Part shown: one piece after another, positions 51,429-64,000 of the stretch
Numbering within the stretch: position 1 is the stretch's first letter
Layout: the number at the start of each line of letters is the position of its first letter
Assembly (NCBI RefSeq): GCF_021028975.2
Contig: NC_059427.1
Coordinates: 96,534,001 to 96,598,000, forward strand
Source of the DNA: Sphaerodactylus townsendi
Lineage: Eukaryota
Length of the DNA stretch: 64,000 nucleotides
Direction of reading: 5' to 3'
The notes under the pieces: model-generated
Seen by the model: only the letters and a program-made list of their open reading frames with translations
Told to the model about the DNA's origin: nothing
The model's database searches: none
Position numbers and translations under genes: made by a program

Positions 51429-53787
51429 TAGTACTTCTCACCTTTGATGGAGTTCAGCTATCTAACTCTTGAAAGCTTATATCCTGAAAATCTTCCTGGT
51501 CTCTAAGGTGCTATGCACTCCAGTCTAGCTCAGCTGACTCTTCCTGGCTCCATTAAGATTCTATGACTTATGCCAATAAAGGTTATGAAATGAAATGAAA
51601 TGGAGATTCTACGAGTTATACTGGATCCAGCATTACTGCTGGAGAAGCAAGTTAAAGCAGCTTCATCCTGATTCAGCCAATCTAGCCACCCAGATCGGTG
51701 CCGCAAAAATGTTGAGATTGACTATTTGTAAGGCACAGTATATGAGTCTGCCCTTGAAGTCAACCCAGATACTCTAGTTAGAATAGAATGGTGCAGGTCA
51801 GATAATTGTCAGAAGCCGGATGGGGCACATGCATTTCAGCCATTCTGCAATCACTCTATACAAATTCCCTCTTTTCCAGCTAGTATTAGCCTTGGTAATG
51901 GTAAAAAGGTAAAAAGGCAGACAATTCCTCCCACTGTTATGTAAAGAAAGTGGGAAATAGAATAGAAAGTCTATTTTTGTTTCAGTAAAACTAGAACATG
52001 TGGTTCAGAGAAGTTTGACCCTGCCCCAGCCTGTGGATTTTATTCTAAAGCTTGAAGCATATTTTCTCCCACTCTAATTCCAACCATGGAAATCATCCAG
52101 GATGAGGAAAAATGCTGAAAGAAAATAGAGTGAAGTAAGGCAGGGTTTAGGCATCCTCACTTTCTCCATTTTTGTAAAAAGACAAAACACCACCTAATCC
52201 TTCCAAGATTGTCTCTCTGGAGGATTCCACGAAAGAAGCAAAAAAAGATCACTTGCGCACTAGTTCACAGTTGCCAGTATCTACTCTGCAGCCAGAAGTT
52301 TAACTGCTGGGATGATCTCTCTTATCTTTCTCAGGTTCCCATGGGTAAGGAGGAAAATACCTATGACTTTCACTTTAACTGATTGAATTACACCCAGAAA
52401 TGTGTTTCCCATTAAAACCAACGGAAACTACTATCACATTATTTCCTAATGCAACTAGTCTTTCGGCTGATAGTATTCTAACTCAAGTTTTAACAATTAC
52501 ATACATGCAAACTGAATACTGATTTTTTGCACACTGCTAGCCAGGGATTAAGGGTAGGGTCTTCAGCATGAAAAGCATATACTCTACAAGTGACCCATAT
52601 GCTTTTCTACATCAAATGTAAACCATCTCTTTACTCTACCAATGAAAGCCTACATAGAAATTCCCAGAGGCAAGATGTTTGGTTTTATAGGGGAGTGAAC
52701 AATCATATTATGATGTAGCTCTGTTCAGTTTATCTGTTCAAGGCTTCTAAAGTTAAACCCAAGGGACCAGGCACCTGGCTATGGCAAGCCACCACCCTCA
52801 AAGAGGCTTTCCAGTGGCATGGGGAGCTTAAAATGCCACAAAGCCTCCCTGCTGCCAGGAAGCCCCTATTGGGCTGAATAAACTTATGCCACCTTTTTGG
52901 TCATGTAAGTCTGCAATCCTTTTCCCTGGTACAATGGGGCAAACAGCTCAGAGAGATCTGACTAAAGTCAGCTCCTCCCCCAACCACACCCCTGGACAAC
53001 CCCTGATGGATTGGCGGTGAGGGTGCAGGAATGCTGGTGCAGCACACTGCATTGTGTCTCACCGCTGGGGAGGGCAGCGGTGGCCACACACCAGCGGACA
53101 CATCCCTTTGCAAGGGCAACGGCCTTGGGGAGGGCAAATCCACCAGCACGGCTGTGCACCACTCCCACCAGCAGATTCGACACACACACACACACACACG
53201 GTTCTGTTGTGTGTGTTTTTAATCAGCCAAACAGGCTTCCTCCTCCAAGCCCAGAGGCCACCATCACGTAGCTGGTATAGGAGGAAGGAACATTTACAAC
53301 AGCTAGGGCCCCAGGGACCACCAGAAGCAGGGAGAACTGGATGTCTCCCATGAGTCCTTGCGAACCTCCTGCTTATAAAATTGTAGACAGCAAAAACAAA
53401 GACAGGATTGGCTGAACTTGATCATGTTTCCTGCTCTTGCTCTTCTGTTGTTTTTACCAAACTTGTTTTTTTGCTCTTATGTTCCAGCTTTATGAGATTT
53501 ATATGGATCTCAGCCAAAGATAACTCCTGAGGCAAAAAATACAAATAACCCAGTCCTCCCCAAAATAAACAATGCACACAGATCTGTATGCTGCACTTGC
53601 TGTTATATAGTACACATTTAAAATCTTTGTTTAGTGCTCCTTGAAAATTCGCTTAAGGTGTCAGAATTAATTTATTATTTCTTTACTTAATCTACATCCC
53701 ACTTTTTTCTTCAGTGGGAACTAAAAGCAGGGTACATTGTTGTCCTCTGCTTCATTTTATCTTCATAACAACCCTGTGAGGAAGATT

Positions 53788-53931
53788 NNNNNNNNNNNNN
53801 NNNNNNNNNNNNNNNNNNNNNNNNNNNNNNNNNNNNNNNNNNNNNNNNNNNNNNNNNNNNNNNNNNNNNNNNNNNNNNNNNNNNNNNNNNNNNNNNNNNN
53901 NNNNNNNNNNNNNNNNNNNNNNNNNNNNNNN
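53788..53931. other. Assembly gap (144 N)
   Basis: Direct observation. Confidence 1.
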
Positions 53932-54480
53932 CACTTTTCCCCACTGTAAGGAGTCTCAGTGGCTTACAAACTCCTTCTCTCAGAACTTTCTCAGCCTCAC
54001 CTACCTCACAGGGTGCCAGAAACATACCGCTAATGGGGACATGGGGTATCCCATGTCCCCGGGCGCATGCTGTTTCGTCACATGACAAAATGGCGTGCAC
54101 TTGACCTGCCCGTTGCTGAGTCCCACCCCCACCTCCCTGCAGGCTGGAGGGCAGGAGCAGGCCTGCAGGGAGGCCAGGAGGGGGGCGGGGCTTGGCAGTG
54201 GGCAACTCGGGTGCACGCCATTTCATTACATGGAGGGACACCCAGCACTCCCCCCCCCTACATGACAAAACAGTGTGCACCTGGGAACATGGGATACCCC
54301 ATGTTCCAATTACTGGCTCACCACTGGTACCCTGTGAGGTAGGTAGGGGCTGAGAAAGTTCTGAGAGAACTGTGACTAGCCCAAGATCACTCAGCAGGCT
54401 TCATGAGTAGGAGAGGGGTACTAAACCTGGTTCTCCAGATTGATTCCACTGCTCTTAACCATTACACCACGCTGTCTCTC
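53932..54480 (-). mobile_element. Squam3-like SINE interrupted by a palindromic MITE (54017-54326)
   Basis: SINE head at about 54410-54480. The MITE has long imperfect TIRs containing CATGGGGTATCCCATG / CATGGGATACCCCATG. Confidence 0.75.
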
Positions 54481-54672
54481 TGCTCAAGGTCACCCAGCAT
54501 GTTTCCATTGGAACTACCAACTTCCAGCTGGTGCTGGAGATATTACAACTGATTTCCAGATGATAGAGATCAGGTCTAGTGAGCTTTGTTTATAGTTACC
54601 AGCATCCAGCTGCTGCTGGAGATATTATAACTGATTTCCAGTCAATACAGACTAGTTTCCCTGTAGTCAATG

Positions 54673-55231
54673 CAGGGGTGTAGTTGTGTAAAATGGTGCC
54701 TGGGGCTCACTCTGGGTGCTGCCGCCCCACAACTTCACCCCGCCCCCTTGCAACTATGCCCCACCCCTAAGCTTCCTGTGAAGTTGGGGCAGGGTCACAG
54801 TTGAATACCAGCAGGGCTCACCTGCCCCCAAACTCCATGAGGAGCTTGGGAGCAGGGGCAGCTAGACTCACCCTGTCCCTATGAAGTTTGGGAGCAGTGT
54901 GGGTCCATTTGATGTTGACCTCAGCTCACCCAGGTCCAGCTTCCAGCCTGCAGTTTAAAGCCTGACCCAAGCTTCACTGAGGCCAGGCTCAAACTAAGCA
55001 ACTGAACTTACCAACTCCAGCTTTATACTGTTGGCTCCACCTCCCAAGGTCCACCTGACTGGAAAAATTCAATGACAAGGCAAGTTCTGATGGTCAGCAT
55101 TCAACTGCACCCCTGCCCTGAACTCCACAGAGAGTTTGGTGGCAGGGCACAGTTGTGATGGGTCTCTGTAATGCACTTCCCAGAAAGTAGTGCCTGGGGC
55201 TCTAGCCCCCTGCCCCCACACTGTACCACTG
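54673..55231. mobile_element. Non-autonomous hAT element
   Basis: Ends CAGGGGTGTAG / CTGTACCACTG, a degenerate 8-bp TSD AGTCAATG / AGTACATG, and sub-terminal GTGCCTGGGGCTC repeats. Confidence 0.65.
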
Positions 55232-57937
55232 AGTACATGGAAGTTTTGAAGGATGAATATGGTATTGTACCCTAATGAGGTCTCTCCCCTTCCCAACCCC
55301 TGTCCACCTCAAACACCACCACCAAACCCCTCTAGGTATTTATAAACCCAGAGCTGACAAACCTATAGCACATTGAATCTCCAGACTCTAGCCCACACTG
55401 TACCCACTGCACCAAACTGATTCTCAGCAATCAAGCAGTAATAGGTCAACTATGAGAGATTAAAAAGGGAACAAACTGAGTGATTTAACATTATCCTGAC
55501 CAGAGTTACCCCATTCTATGCCCACTAATTACCATAGATGTAGGACTGTGCTGCTAGATCTTGCCTCTTTAAAATAGGAAAATAACTGGTTTCCTATTTT
55601 CAAAAGTTTTGAAATGATACAACTGCTAATGTCAGGGCAATTCTCCTTCTTGCTTCTTTCATATAACTCTTTCTCCTTTCTTTGTTAATTAATTAATTAT
55701 AAGCATTATCACAATCACTATCCTTTATCATTATTTCAGAATTTTTTGCTTACATGACAGGTATAGAGAATGACAGTTTTTTGTATTACCGGTATATTTA
55801 ATTGGAATGATTATGCATATACTCAAAGATCTGATGCAGGGTATTAATTATTATTAGCAATGACAACACATTAATATACATGGTTCTTTACATTAATAAA
55901 AGACAAGGTGCTGTCCTGAGGAGTTTCCAGTCTGCAGTAGGGTTCACATAGATCCATGCTTACATTTCTCAAATGAGAAATCATACAGTCAGTTGGGCTG
56001 AAAGAAAGCATAATAGGTCAATTGGACTACAGTTAAAAAGCAATTCCAGTCCCTGATTTCACTGCTCTCCTTCTGCTTTGCAAACATGGCTCAGGATTTT
56101 GTCCTTCCTTTATCATGCCCTTGCAGTATCACATCTTGGCTTGCTATTTAATCTTCTGAAGGCATACAGGGCAGCTTCTCCTTCAGTTTATCTGTCTTAG
56201 TTACTTAATAGTATACCAGAGAGTTGTTTCAAATTTTTTAAAAAAATTAATTAGGAGGATAGTAACAAATGTTGTGTAGTTCTGATAATGTGGGAGGAGT
56301 TCGAGGAAGCTTGGTTTCCTATTCAGGAAAGATTTCATAATAAATGAAACCCTAAATGAATGAGAGAAGAGGGTCCAATAACTTGGTCTTGTTTAACAGA
56401 AGGGAAGGCAGACGCTTTGCCAGCAGATGCCCATGAGCAGAGAACACTGGAGCACAAAATTAACACACTGGCTCATCAGGAAATGTTAATGTGGGCGAGA
56501 TGGGGGAATTGCTTCATATGGGCAAACAAGCTGTGCAAAGCGGATAAGCAGAAAAAGAACTTGGTGTGAAGGCTAAGCAGTTTCTCTCAGAGATATCTCC
56601 TCTGCCCTTTAACCTGGTAGAGAATGCTGGAGAATTTGAGAAGGAAATAAGTATCTGACCCTGGTACTAAAATGCAGAAACCAAAATCAATTCTAATCTG
56701 GAAGCAGATGCAGCTAGTGTTTTTTAAAGTCAGCTATTCATAGCAGAGCAATTTACTAAGGGATGGAAGTGCCCATGCATTTCCTTCAGAAACATGCACA
56801 AAACCAAAGAAATCTCATGACACTTCAATGAAACCTTGTCTGCCATCGTGGGAAGAAAACAGACGAGGGATGTATAAAGTGTGGGCTAACAGCCTGGAAG
56901 TATCCTGTGAAAATGCTGCAAGTTGGGATATTTTTGCAACCCAGAGTTGGTATCTTTATGTCTGCCCTCATAGGCTTACTAAATGCCTGCTAAAACCTGG
57001 TAATGCTTTTGGATGCCTGGTGACACTCATTTGATGGGCAGAAGCAAGATGGCTAAATGGGGAAGGGGCAGTCTTCATCACTATGTGATGACATCACTTG
57101 CGGTATATCCCAGAACTGCTGGCATCGCGCTGGGATAATACTCTAGCTCTCATCCAAATGCTACATGGGTTCTATAGAGCTTTTTGGCAATTGCTACTGT
57201 GTTGCTCCACTGTGACACCAGTGCTTCAGGGTTGCACAAGTAATACCATCATGTGGCAACAAAAATTGCTCGCCTCCCTCCCCAGTAAGTACCCCCCCTT
57301 CCTTATCTCCACTATGCCTGGCTACCCTGGCCCCACCACCACCACCACCATATATGGCTTGTCTGGCTGCCTTTGAGTCTTCAGGTGAAATGAAATTTCA
57401 CAATGAAATAGATTTTGTCAGGAGAAAGCCACATGGCCAAAGCTGGGTTTTTGCCATGAATGCCACAAATTGTTCAGAATATTTTTTTAAAAACCCAAGA
57501 TTTTAAAAATTGACGGAAGAGCTTTCTCTTCCCAGGATAACAATTCCAAATGTCAGGCCTTTAAAAATAAATTATTATCTAAATAAATATGCGCTCATTA
57601 TACCAACTCATCTCCCTCCATAATAGCCTCCTTAACATCTAAATGTAATCTTCTAATGAACTAATTTCCACTACAAACACTGGCTTTTCTTTTATCTGTT
57701 GGCTTCTCCAGAACATCAGGCACGTGTTCCTTTTCCCTAAGGTGCTGCCCCCCTACTCTCAAAGTCCCCCCCCCACCATGTGTTCTTCCTAACAGATTAC
57801 TGGAGGCCTGGTTGACATAGCTGCTGATCTAACTCAGTACATGATTCTGCAGAAGAAGCAAACCCTGCTGCTATTAACCCTATGGCTGCTGAATTTTTGA
57901 AAGGATATTATTCCCAGTGCACATGTTTAGAAGGTCT

Positions 57938-58160
57938 GTAGGTGTAGTGGTTAAAGTAATGGGCTAGGATCTAGGAGTCCCAAGTTCAAGTCTCTACGGT
58001 ATCATGAAGCTTGCAGTGTAACCCTTGCGCCCATCACTCACTCTCAGCTTAATTTACCTCACAGGTTTACTGTGCAGATTAAACAAAGAATGAATGATGT
58101 AAGCAACATTGGATCCTTATTGGGGAGAAATGTGAGGTATAAATGAAGTAAATAAAATAA
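57938..58160 (+). mobile_element. Squam3-like SINE with (TAAA)n tail
   Basis: GGTGTAGTGGTTAAAG head, AGTTCAAGTC B-box and TAAA tail. Confidence 0.8.
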
Positions 58161-60597
58161 AATGAATCTCCACTGTAATATGAAACTTGGTCACTCTCTC
58201 TCAGCCTAACCTGTCTAAAGGGGAAGAGGGGAGAACGATTTCTCTGAGCCTCTTGAAGGAAGGGCAGAAACAATGTACTTAAATAGATAATTTTTTACAT
58301 CAGCGGACATGCAAAGATGTATTCCCTCTTCTAATAAAAGAGTACACTAGCACAACAGCCGGATGTTGATGTTCTTCCTGTTTTGTTAGGAGAACCCAGA
58401 AAAGTTATGGGGGCCAACCGTTCCTATTTGACATTGCCCTGTCAGGAACTGCAGTCCTGTCTCCTTCTGGGCACAGGATCACCCCAACAAAGCACCAGGA
58501 GATGGAAGAACCATAGAGGTGAGTGAGCCAAAGCCAGAAGTTATATACCTCTTTGGTTGTCATAGCAACCAGCTTGCCAGAGAGATGCCAGAAGTAGGCC
58601 AGGTACAAAAGCTGCTTCTTGCAGTTCTACTGGACATATTCAGGCGCACAATTTATTTGCCTTTTCAGACAGTCAGCATATTGTGCTATAGATGTGCATT
58701 TATTTCTTACTGGTTTTGTACAGTCCTTACATTTTTTTTCTTCCTGACAGTATTTCTTTTGTGGAGATGTCATGTTTTCTGAACACTCAAAGCACAGGCT
58801 TAAATTCTAAACCTCGCTTTCATAAGTATTGCATCACTGCTATAGTGGAGGCAGCTCTCCATAGCAGAGCACATTCCCTCAGTGGTCATTCATGTACGAC
58901 CAGTGTGTTTCAGAGAACTGAAATAACCTAGCATCAGAGGAAAGCACTGCATAGCAAAGGATCATTTCCACCAGGGACAAAGAGAAGCAGAAGCAAAGTT
59001 TAGGATCCAAGCCAGTTCGAACCTAATCCACTGCCTCAGATTTACAGCCTGATTGGGGCAAGGGGGCTGAATTGCCTCTTGGATGTGACTTTGGCCCATG
59101 CCAGTGCATTTGCCCCCTCTGTCAGCATAAGGGGAGAGGGCAAAGTTGGCAGCAGCAAAACTTGGAAATGGGCATTGAAAAAGTGGGCAAATGCAAAACC
59201 TGGAAGTGGGCATTGCTGCGGAGCAGTGCTGGTGTCCAGTCGGATGCTGGCACATGGGAGGGGTGGCCTGGGACGTTCCCAGGTGTTGATATGACTTTAA
59301 TCAGCTTTCAGCTGGGCTTAAGGGACAGGAATTCCATGGCCAGGTCTTTGGACTTATGCCATCCAAAATGGGGGCATAACTCTGTTTAGCCCTATGAAGG
59401 GCTTTCAGATGGCTGGGTTTGTTGTTAATGTTGTTGTTGCTGCCTCTGCACCAACTGTAGTGTAGCACGATATTCTATATTTAATTCTGAAGCTGGCCCT
59501 CTATGTGGCTTGATAGGCTCAGAGAATAGGGCTGGGTACAAATAGGGGGTATTTTTCTGCAAACCCAGGGAGCTAGCCAGGGTTGCAAAAATATTTTTAA
59601 AAAGATTAAAAAACAAATTGATGTTTTAATGGCCAGTTATGCACAAAACAACTATGTTTAAAACAAAACCTGCTCCTATCTGAATTCAAGACTGGACCAT
59701 AACCTTCATGGGGAAGTAACCAATATGCTTTTCTTCTGATATGTTACGGTTTTAGAGAAAAATATACCAGAAACATTCACCACACTATAAAGAAGACAGC
59801 TCAGGTCCCATGCAAATGTAATCTCTAATGTGGCTGGCAGTCTTTACAAGCAACAGAGCTCCTCTAAGTTTCCTGTGGTGGGGGATTATATTTTGTATAG
59901 CACTCCTAGCTGAAAATCATGCCTCATGTACACTTCATATGTGTGACAGAAGCAGCTTCTCTGATAAGGACATTTTTTTACATGAAGTTTGCTTTGGACA
60001 TAGAAGCAGTTTCAAGCAAGCAAGCTGCATCTTGAAATCTTATGTGGCACAGTCATGCAAGTGGAATACAGTCACTGAATGTCTGAATTGGTCCTTATTG
60101 TTGGTTCACATGATGCACAGAAATGGGATAGCAGTTTGTTATAAAATGCAACTGGGTTGCCAACTCTCTCCCAAATGGTAGTTTTTATTTCACTATACTA
60201 CTTCACTTAAAACTGACCCTTGGTTAACCAAGGTGGCTCCTTTTTAGAAATGAAGGAACAGCAAGGAGGCAAGAATAGCAAAAAGGATCTTTAAAATGGC
60301 CAAATACCAATTCTGTACCTGGTACATATGAGTTATGGCATCAATGGTGTAGAAGTTACATCAGACAAAAAGTGTGAATGTAGGATCTAATCCTAAGCAT
60401 GCATGCTTGTAAGAGCCACTGCCATTAAACAGTGAGATATATTTCTAGAGATGATCAAACACATAAAAAGAGAGGGTAATTTATATAATAAAAGTGTAAA
60501 AGATGGGCTTGTTCAAAGATGCAGCACAACATAAAGAAACAAGAAAAGATGCACATGCAGAAGTTCCCTGTTCTGCACAATTGTTAAAGAAACAGAA

Positions 60598-60601
60598 GTC
60601 T

Positions 60602-60665
<64 letters not shown>

Positions 60666-60667
60666 TC
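60598..60667. repeat. (TTTC)n microsatellite
   Basis: About 16 perfect TTTC units. Confidence 0.97.
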
Positions 60668-61446
60668 CCACCACTTACCCTGCTTACTTTTGAGTGAACA
60701 AGTTAAGGCATATTGTCAGAACTGGACCCTCTGCTGCCTTGAAAAGCTGGTTGGGGAGGTGGGAGAGCAAATATTAGTAAAAGAAGAAGTCTGGCCAAAA
60801 CATGAGCCTTCCTTGCCAGGTTGAACTGCTGTGCTTCTACATGGGTCTTAAAAGACAAGAAGAGATCAAAAGCAATCACTCCTTTGCTATCCCCAGAAAC
60901 ATCCAGAGCTCTATTGCTAGACGCAAGTATACTGCAGTGTCTACAAATCTTTTCAACTTCATTAGCAAAGGTTATACTAACAATGCAGACAAAAGTGAAC
61001 CCTGGACGTTAAACATGGTCAGCTTCACAGAGAGGCTGTACAGTTGTGAGTACCAATAATCCTTTGGCTTCTGCAGAGTTGCAGAGTATGAAATGATCTA
61101 GGACGATCAGGAGCAAAGACTCTTGAATGTACCATATGGCCTCTTGCTGGCCCCTGCAATATTCCTATTTTCTTTGTTCATTGGCAAGTTATTAACATAA
61201 TGTCCCTTCAACATGCCATTAAATGGAATCACACGCACAGCAGAATGTAATTTTATGGCCAGATCCTGCGCTTAGGAGTGATGATGACCAAACTAGCTAA
61301 TCAAATCAGCAGAAATTTGCAAACACCATCTCAGCAGCTGCGACTGTAAATATTGGCGGCAGAACGTGAATAATCCTGTCCGCAAGACAACTTGAGTAAT
61401 GGGTTCCCAATGGGCGTTCCAGCCATCAGCTTGCTGCTTGGCAACC

Positions 61447-61485
61447 CGTGCGTGTGTGTGCGTGCGTGCGTGTGTGCGCGTGTGT
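61447..61485. repeat. (TG)n/(CGTG)n microsatellite
   Basis: Direct observation. Confidence 0.9.
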
Positions 61486-64000
61486 TGTGTTTCTGATTAT
61501 GATAAGCCTGAAACATGATGTAGTTGCTACAGCAGGTGTCCCAGAAAAAACAAACTTATTTAGAGAAATGGAAGAGGAGGTAGAATGTGATATGCTCTGC
61601 CTTTGTATGCCTTGAAACATTTATTCCTTTAGATGGGTTTCATGGGAAGGTCTTTATGTCTCTATAGTGTCCAAGCTAGTATCTCCAGAGCACTTGCAAC
61701 AGACTGTAGTTTTGTGCTGTCTTTTTAATACCAGGCTATCTGCATCTCTTGTGGGGGGGAAATGGCAACTTTACATGTGATACATTTGTTCCAAGGTTTT
61801 GGTTCAATTCCATGTTGATGCCAGTTTCTGCCAGAGGTTATGAACATACCAAGAAACATCCATATGCTCTTTCCTGAGAATCATATGACATGGCTGAATG
61901 GTTCGATGTTGCAGGTGCAGAAGAACTGTGAGAGGTCACAGAGCACGTGACAATAGCAAAAGTGCTCTCTTTTAACCTTCTTCTTCTCCACTCCCACTCT
62001 TTTGGCTACTGTGGTTGTCTTGGGTTAGGTAGGAAAATAGAAAATAGAATAGTACAAAGATCTTAGTACAAAAAGATCAAAGCTATGGGAATTGCACCCC
62101 AATGAGCCATCTGTCAGTAGATCATACTGCTCTGACAATAAAAAAAAAATAGGCACATTGAATGAGATCTGCATATTTTCTTATCAGCTTCCAGCTTCAG
62201 ATAAGATTGTCATCTCTCCATTTTTAAACCAGCCGGCGAGAGGGGGATTTGTAAGCAGACAGAGTCAAATGAGTTTTGCCATAAAACTAGGAACTTTTAA
62301 ATGCCACCCCCTCCCCCCCCAAAAAAAAGTGGTTCCAGCTCTGAAGATATGCTGTTGCAGCACTTCACAGATTCCAGGCCATAATAATCCCTCTGACAGC
62401 AGATCTGCGCTCCTCCCTCAATAATTGCTAATACTGTCTTCCACATAAGGGTCACAAGGCAAGTAAGTGAAGGCCTCTTGAAACAGAAAAAGAAGGCATA
62501 GGCTCATTATGCATGGGGAGCTTATCCTGACGAGAAGGAGCATTCACCACGCTGTCTCTGCTTCGGGGCATGTTTGCTGTTATTACCCGTTGCCCTGTCT
62601 CCCCGTGCTTCTCTCCCTGTCTGCAGTTTCACTCTATAACTCCCTGTAGATACCTCTCCCCGTCAATGCTCACAAGTTTTTGGGGAGGGAGGCAAAGAAT
62701 CACAATTGATTCCCTCCTCCCTCTAGCATCCTGTGCAATACAAACAGTTATCAGCATCCAAGCACCTTGCTACCACCTATGCAGGGCTGGTGTGCTGCCA
62801 CAGCAACACCAGCACTGAGGAGGCTCAGGGCCCAGGAGTAGTCACAGATGCAGCAGGGCCTGAGGCAGGGAGCCACCCCTATTGCAGTCCAAGCTGGTAA
62901 ACAGTTCAAACAGAGGCAGGCCAGTGGGAGAGTCCAGGAAGCAGGATCAAGCAAGCCAGAAAGTCACACACCAAGAAACATACACACCGCGTAGTGTGTA
63001 GCCGAAGTAGCCGAAGTCATGGTCCTCACAAACTAGTCCGAAGTCAAAGCAAAATCTGGAAACAGAGCAATGGAGTGCAGGCAGCGTCAAGGAAAACAGC
63101 ATGTTGCATCCACGGCTTCAACCTTCACTGTTCTTCATGAACTCTATCTGGGCTGCCTGCATGGGGGAGGCTCCTGCAGAGACTCAGCATGCTGTGTTGC
63201 ATAGGGGCAGCTGTGCAAGCTTGCTGACCATCTCCTCTCCTTCAGAACCAGCCTCAGCTTCTGTCTACAATGCTGCATAGTATCTGGGGATTCAGAAGAA
63301 CTGCTGGCATCTTCCTCAGTACTCCTGATAAGCTGTGAGCCTGTGACTGTAAATCTTCCTGTTCTGTTGACACAGCTGGCTTGAATAGGTCCTCATCAAG
63401 GGTGTGGGATGATACTACCTTTCCCCCATGCCCATGAAATACCCAGCAGCCACTAAGCACCCAACCCCCACCCCAACTCTAAACTCCCCCAACCTCTGCT
63501 CTATAAAGCATCTTTCCTCTCTGGGCAGGGGCAGCCAAATTAAAGGGGGTGGGGCACATGAATAAAAAGGGTGGGCACCTATCACTTTTTTGACATAAAT
63601 AAGAGTATCCTCTGTATATTAATGACATACCACCACAATCAGAAATAATATGTTTTCAGCAGGAATGTGTGGAATGAACTGCAACTGAAGAGACAAGGGG
63701 GGAAATGACAAGGGGAATAGAGGTATGCAGAATGATTTCACATAAAACATTTCCAAGAAATCAGGTTGACCACTAGGAAAATCTGTGGTAAGCTGTGCAT
63801 GTGGAAAAGGCCCCTGGAGGTTACCAAACAAGCAATTATTTGCACAATAAGGCTAGTAGTCATAGACTGTATAACTTCTGAATTTACTGTATAACTTCTG
63901 AATACACACACACACTTATGGGGCTGTATCGCAGTAATGCACCAATGCACCTTCGAGTATTTCTTTTATACAGTAATAAATACATTCATGAGGACTAGTA

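Larger units (their letters stand above)
50420..51780 (+). mobile_element. Decayed L2-clade LINE RT fragment with nested MITE and SINE
   Basis: YVDDTQLYI...ALNNCLTVVATWLREDKLNP motif. Upstream remnants resemble FQAGF and DLCAAFDTVVH. Confidence 0.75.

Noticed and set aside
53711-54280. 189-aa ORF in the ORF track
   Set aside because: An artefact of reading through the N gap and TE sequence.
62740-63460. Possible Gypsy-type LTR remnant (CCGAAGT repeats)
   Set aside because: Boundaries and TSD are not identifiable from the sequence alone.

Overview
This is a 64-kb vertebrate genomic window, almost certainly from a squamate reptile and most likely a gecko. The taxon call is an inference from its Squam3-type SINEs with (CTT)n tails, a 5S-derived SINE, CR1, BovB/RTE and L2 LINEs, Penelope-like ends, and hAT, Harbinger and mariner MITEs. 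I recognise no known protein-coding host gene; the window reads as TE-rich intergenic or intronic DNA with several enhancer-like, TE-free blocks. The best non-TE signal is a CpG-rich promoter at about 12.65-13.37 kb (three CCAAT boxes, CRE, E-box, YY1 and IRF-like sites). It sits directly upstream of a minus-strand two-exon ORF (12870-12724 joined to 11542-11129, 186 aa, AATAAA 49 nt after the stop) that I cannot assign to any family. Other notable items are decayed hammerhead-ribozyme cores in Penelope-like termini, a near-perfect 37-bp hairpin, a hAT MITE carrying a 3x ~211-bp array, a CR1 that keeps its 5' end but lacks RT, and a MITE flanked by an inverted rather than direct duplication. 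A 144-N gap and an insertion-noisy segment at about 31.6-32.4 kb point to local assembly problems. All family names come from motif recognition, not database searches, and TE boundaries without TSDs are approximate.
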